Source: an uncultured virus (IMG/VR IMGVR_UViG_3300025141_013938)
Lineage: Duplodnaviria > Heunggongvirae > Uroviricota > Caudoviricetes
Virus record (IMG/VR): IMGVR_UViG_3300025141_013938
Length of the DNA stretch: 20,000 nt
Direction: 5' to 3' (one strand)
In this document: positions 17,335 through 20,000 of the stretch, piece by piece
Layout of the letters: every line of letters starts with the position of its first letter
How positions within the stretch are numbered: the first letter of the stretch is position 1
Notes under the pieces: model-generated
Told to the model about the DNA's origin: nothing
What the model saw: the letters and a program-made list of their open reading frames with translations, nothing else
Database searches by the model: none
Translations under genes and position numbers: made by a program

Positions 17335-17754
17335 ATGTGGATACCCCCTAAGTCTCCTTATAATCTTATTCAAGAACATCTTTGGGATGATCCTTGGAAG
17401 ATTTTTGTTGCATGTATATTTTGTAATCTAACCAGAAGGGTAGATGCAGAACCCTATATATGGAAATTTTTTCAACACTATCCTAATGAATATCACGCTG
17501 CAAGTGCTAAGATAGAGGAATTAAAAAATATGATCAAACCTCTAGGTCTATCAGAAAGACGATCTAAGGCCCTTATTAATATGTCTGATGATTATATCAA
17601 GAAGGACTGGCGGAGTTCACCAGATGTTCTCTATGGGATTGGTAAGTATGGCTCAGATGCTTATCAGATATTCTGTGAAGGAAAGTGGAGAGAAGTAGAG
17701 CCAGCAGATCATGCTTTAAATGATTATCACAAATGGCTCGAGGAGCGAAAATGA
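17335..17754 (+). CDS. MBD4-like HhH-GPD DNA glycosylase (catalytic domain only)
   Basis: WIPPKSPYNLIQE..WDDPWK..ACIFCNLT, KPLGL..RR, LYGIGKYGSDAYQIFC, EPADHALNDYHKWL parallel the vertebrate MBD4 glycosylase domain end to end (recalled, not aligned computationally). Confidence 0.85.
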   Translation: MWIPPKSPYNLIQEHLWDDPWKIFVACIFCNLTRRVDAEPYIWKFFQHYPNEYHAASAKIEELKNMIKPLGLSERRSKALINMSDDYIKKDWRSSPDVLYGIGKYGSDAYQIFCEGKWREVEPADHALNDYHKWLEERK

Positions 17755-18557
17755 ATAGAGAAGAAGAGAAAGAACTATTTTTAAATTTAAGAGACGAAGA
17801 GAAAGAACTATATAATGATTTTTTCTTCAAGGCCAGTGATGACTTCACAATGTGGCGAGACGGAGAAAAAACATATAGCAAGGATGAATCAAAATTAGGA
17901 CGTGACTGGATTTATATCTATCAGGATAAAAAAGCATTTGAAGTCTTAACGTATCTCAGAAAATCAGCTGAGCAAGAATTGAAAATACTTGATGTAGGAA
18001 GTAAATTCTATGCTGCTCTATTTTTTTCTGCTATTGGAAGAACCATGTATCTGGAACCTAGAATGGAGGATATATTCGGTGGTCAGTGGCCCTTCTTCTC
18101 GCAGCTAAATATGGGATTTATTAAAGGAGAGGCTCAGGACATAGCAGCACCCGATAAATCTTTTAATGTAGTAACATGCCTTCACGCAATGGAACATTTT
18201 GGACTTGGAAGGTATGGAGATACAATAGACTATTATGGTGATCAAAAAGGATTAAGAGAATTTAACAGAGTCCTAGACGATAATGGACATCTCATTCTTT
18301 CTGTACCTGTAAATGAAAATGCTCGGATAGATTTTAATGAACAGAGAGTATATAACCCTGATATGGTTGATGAGATGCTAGATAACGCTGGGTTTAAGGT
18401 GTTATCTAGAATCTATATCGTATCGCTAGGACTTCTGCGGGGTCATGATGGTGAAATTTTTGAGCCGACATCAAATGATAGAAAAATTTTACGATGTGTC
18501 AAGGAAGATCATCAGGCCGCATATATGACGTTATCAACTAAAATAAGAAACTTCTAA
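17751..18557 (+). CDS. SAM-dependent methyltransferase-like protein, DUF268 family
   Basis: ILDVGS (motif I), CLHAMEHFGLGRYGDTIDYYGD, LILSVPV...FNEQRVY; start moved to ATG 17751 (SD GAGGAG, ATGA overlap with the upstream stop). Confidence 0.75.
   Translation: MNREEEKELFLNLRDEEKELYNDFFFKASDDFTMWRDGEKTYSKDESKLGRDWIYIYQDKKAFEVLTYLRKSAEQELKILDVGSKFYAALFFSAIGRTMYLEPRMEDIFGGQWPFFSQLNMGFIKGEAQDIAAPDKSFNVVTCLHAMEHFGLGRYGDTIDYYGDQKGLREFNRVLDDNGHLILSVPVNENARIDFNEQRVYNPDMVDEMLDNAGFKVLSRIYIVSLGLLRGHDGEIFEPTSNDRKILRCVKEDHQAAYMTLSTKIRNF
17757..17811 (+). repeat. 22-nt direct repeat at 33-nt spacing inside the CDS
   Basis: AGAGAAGAAGAGAAAGAACTAT (17757-17778) and AGAGACGAAGAGAAAGAACTAT (17790-17811); encodes REEEKEL / RDEEKEL. 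Confidence 0.8.
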
Positions 18558-18567
18558 GAAGTTTCTG

Positions 18568-18603
18568 GCGGGTCCTGCAAGAGCAGGACCCGCTTTTTAT
18601 TTT
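18568..18603 (+). terminator. Rho-independent terminator
   Basis: GCGGGTCCTGC-AAGA-GCAGGACCCGC 11-bp stem followed by TTTTTATTTT. Confidence 0.9.
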
Positions 18604-18616
18604 GGCATCTCTTGTT

Positions 18617-18645
18617 TTTACACATCACGATTTTGTATTTATTAT
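18617..18645 (+). promoter_or_regulatory. Sigma70-like promoter TTTACA-N17-TATTAT
   Basis: Near-consensus -35/-10 with a 17-nt spacer, after the terminator and before the SD GGAG and ATG 18670. Confidence 0.6.
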
Positions 18646-18669
18646 ATGTGTGTGGAGAAATAGAAAAAT

Positions 18670-19041
18670 ATGAACATCAATAATACACTAATAGAAGACC
18701 TTACCCAGCTACGTGACAGTTGTAGTCAATTTTTATCCTCTAAGGATAGAGATCAGGCATACAGTGTAATATACGATAATGTAAAACAGTTAGGCACACA
18801 GGAAGTAATAAGGACAAAAGAAGAAGATGAAAATATTTCAGAGCATGTGGCATCATTTGTAAATAAGCTTCTTTCAATGATTAATAATATTAAAAAGATG
18901 GAAGATTTTTCTATGCAGAAGGCTATTGCTAAGATAGAGCTAGCTGATGAAATAATCAGTAAGGCTTCACTAGAGATAGAAAGACGGCAGCTAGAAAATC
19001 AGCTAGATGATGAAGAAGATCCACAACAATTAGATGAATAG
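18670..19041 (+). CDS. Hypothetical helical/coiled-coil protein
   Basis: 123-aa ORF with its own promoter and SD; acidic tail; no recognised family. Confidence 0.65.
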   Translation: MNINNTLIEDLTQLRDSCSQFLSSKDRDQAYSVIYDNVKQLGTQEVIRTKEEDENISEHVASFVNKLLSMINNIKKMEDFSMQKAIAKIELADEIISKASLEIERRQLENQLDDEEDPQQLDE

Positions 19042-19143
19042 TAGCTGACTCTTTTGATAGATATTAAAAGATGGCAATCAATCTGATAAAATCTGTTTAT
19101 TCAGCTAGCATACACATCGCTGATTCTTTTACAGGTTATCTAT

Positions 19144-19386
19144 TATGGGACAATGGATGAGATCTTCGAGTTTCTAACACTTAGGCAGACAGGTAAGATT
19201 GATAGAAATATTCCAGCTGTCCTATTTGGTAAGGACTTCTGGGATGATGTTATTGACTTCGAGGCGCTAAAGGATTGGGGAGCCATTGGTGAGAACGACG
19301 ATGATATGTTCCTGATAACGAACTCAGTGGACGAGGCCCTGGAACACCTCTCACAGAAGATGGAAGTCGCGCCAGTAGAATATTAG
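19144..19386 (+). pseudogene. C-terminal fragment of a LOG-family (nucleotide phosphoribohydrolase) gene
   Basis: Frame reads YGTMDEIFEFLTLRQTGKI...PAVLFGKDFW...LITNSVDEA. The PGG half of the PGGxGTxDE motif and the whole N-terminal half are absent (upstream reads QVIY). Confidence 0.7.
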
Positions 19387-19848
19387 CCCGTCGAAGTCGT
19401 GGTTTCCATCCTCAGGGGCAAACAGCTCCATTCGCTGGCCTTCCCATTCTATCCAGACTCCAGCAGTTGTCCGGCTCCATGGCAGGATATCACTGTAGTC
19501 GGACAGTGTGACACAGCCCCAGTCTTCAGCAACCTGCTGGCCAAAGACATTATCAAGCAATGTGATACCTGTATTGAAGTTAGTGTGGTAGGCACACATC
19601 TTAGCCTCAAGATCGCTAAGCCAGAATATGACATATCCCGTGATGACATCATTGTCTAGGAGGCCATCGCATGCGATGCTGTACTCCTCCCATCTCATGT
19701 GGGTGCATGCCACGTCAGCCGTCACATCAGGCTCTGAGTATTCAGCGAGATTCGCATCATCAATTGTGAGGATTGGTTCTGGCTCGACACACGATACAAG
19801 GATGACTGTTAATAAAAGTACTAAGAGTCTCCAACTATACGACGCCAT
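19351..19848 (-). CDS. Hypothetical lipoprotein
   Basis: N-terminus MASYSWRLLVLLLTVILVS-C fits a signal peptide II with a lipobox-like LVSC; acidic, Trp/Cys-rich mature part; AT-rich upstream region. Confidence 0.6.
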   Translation of the reverse strand: MASYSWRLLVLLLTVILVSCVEPEPILTIDDANLAEYSEPDVTADVACTHMRWEEYSIACDGLLDNDVITGYVIFWLSDLEAKMCAYHTNFNTGITLLDNVFGQQVAEDWGCVTLSDYSDILPWSRTTAGVWIEWEGQRMELFAPEDGNHDFDGLIFYWRDFHLL

Positions 19849-19939
19849 GTAAATAAATATGATATAAGTCGCACATAATTCATTATAATATTCTAATAGA
19901 ATAATAATAAGTCACATTATATTAAATTTAGGAGAATAT

Positions 19940-20000
19940 ATGATAACTATTAATAGACCCACAGGCGCTTTGATCGCCTCTTTTTTTACGCTTGCGTTAT
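19940..20000 (+). CDS. Start of a gene running off the window (possible signal peptide)
   Basis: SD AGGAG 19930-19934, ATG 19940, MITINRPTGALIASFFTLAL... open to the window end. Confidence 0.5.
   Translation, partial: MITINRPTGALIASFFTLAL

Noticed and set aside
185..17881. Short minus-strand and nested ORFs in the track (e.g. 185-436, 1934-2281, 4134-4511, 13952-14266, 14272-14571, 17597-17881)
   Set aside because: They lie antisense to well-supported genes and have no recognisable motifs, so they are treated as shadow ORFs.
19399..19852. Plus-strand ORF 19628-19852 and alternative minus-strand ORFs 19399-19659 and 19449-19652
   Set aside because: They overlap the longer 165-aa minus-strand ORF, which has a coherent lipoprotein signal.

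Overview
This window looks like part of a large (jumbo-type) dsDNA phage genome: dense, almost all + strand genes, and no rRNA, tRNA or CRISPR seen. The left arm has a probable virion/baseplate-hub-like gene, a stripped-down family A DNA polymerase coupled to a degenerate HD-domain protein, and a 541-aa probable head/ejection protein. The centre is a replication-recombination block (gp32-like SSB, RecA, 5'-3' exonuclease, DnaB-like helicase, class II RNR), followed by host-like genes (IscU, IscA, ClpP-like, GapR-like), an amidase endolysin, a hotdog thioesterase, a membrane protein, a stand-alone MBD4-like DNA glycosylase, a DUF268-like methyltransferase, a LOG fragment and a lipoprotein. The most striking signal is missed by the ORF track. 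The 541-aa ORF ends on an A9 run / A_AAA_AAG slippery site followed by TAG TAG, and the -1 frame immediately encodes the catalytic GDS motif of the downstream SGNH hydrolase with no start codon of its own. This implies recoding into an ~898-aa fusion, or a homopolymer sequencing error. All family assignments come from motif recognition by eye, not database searches.
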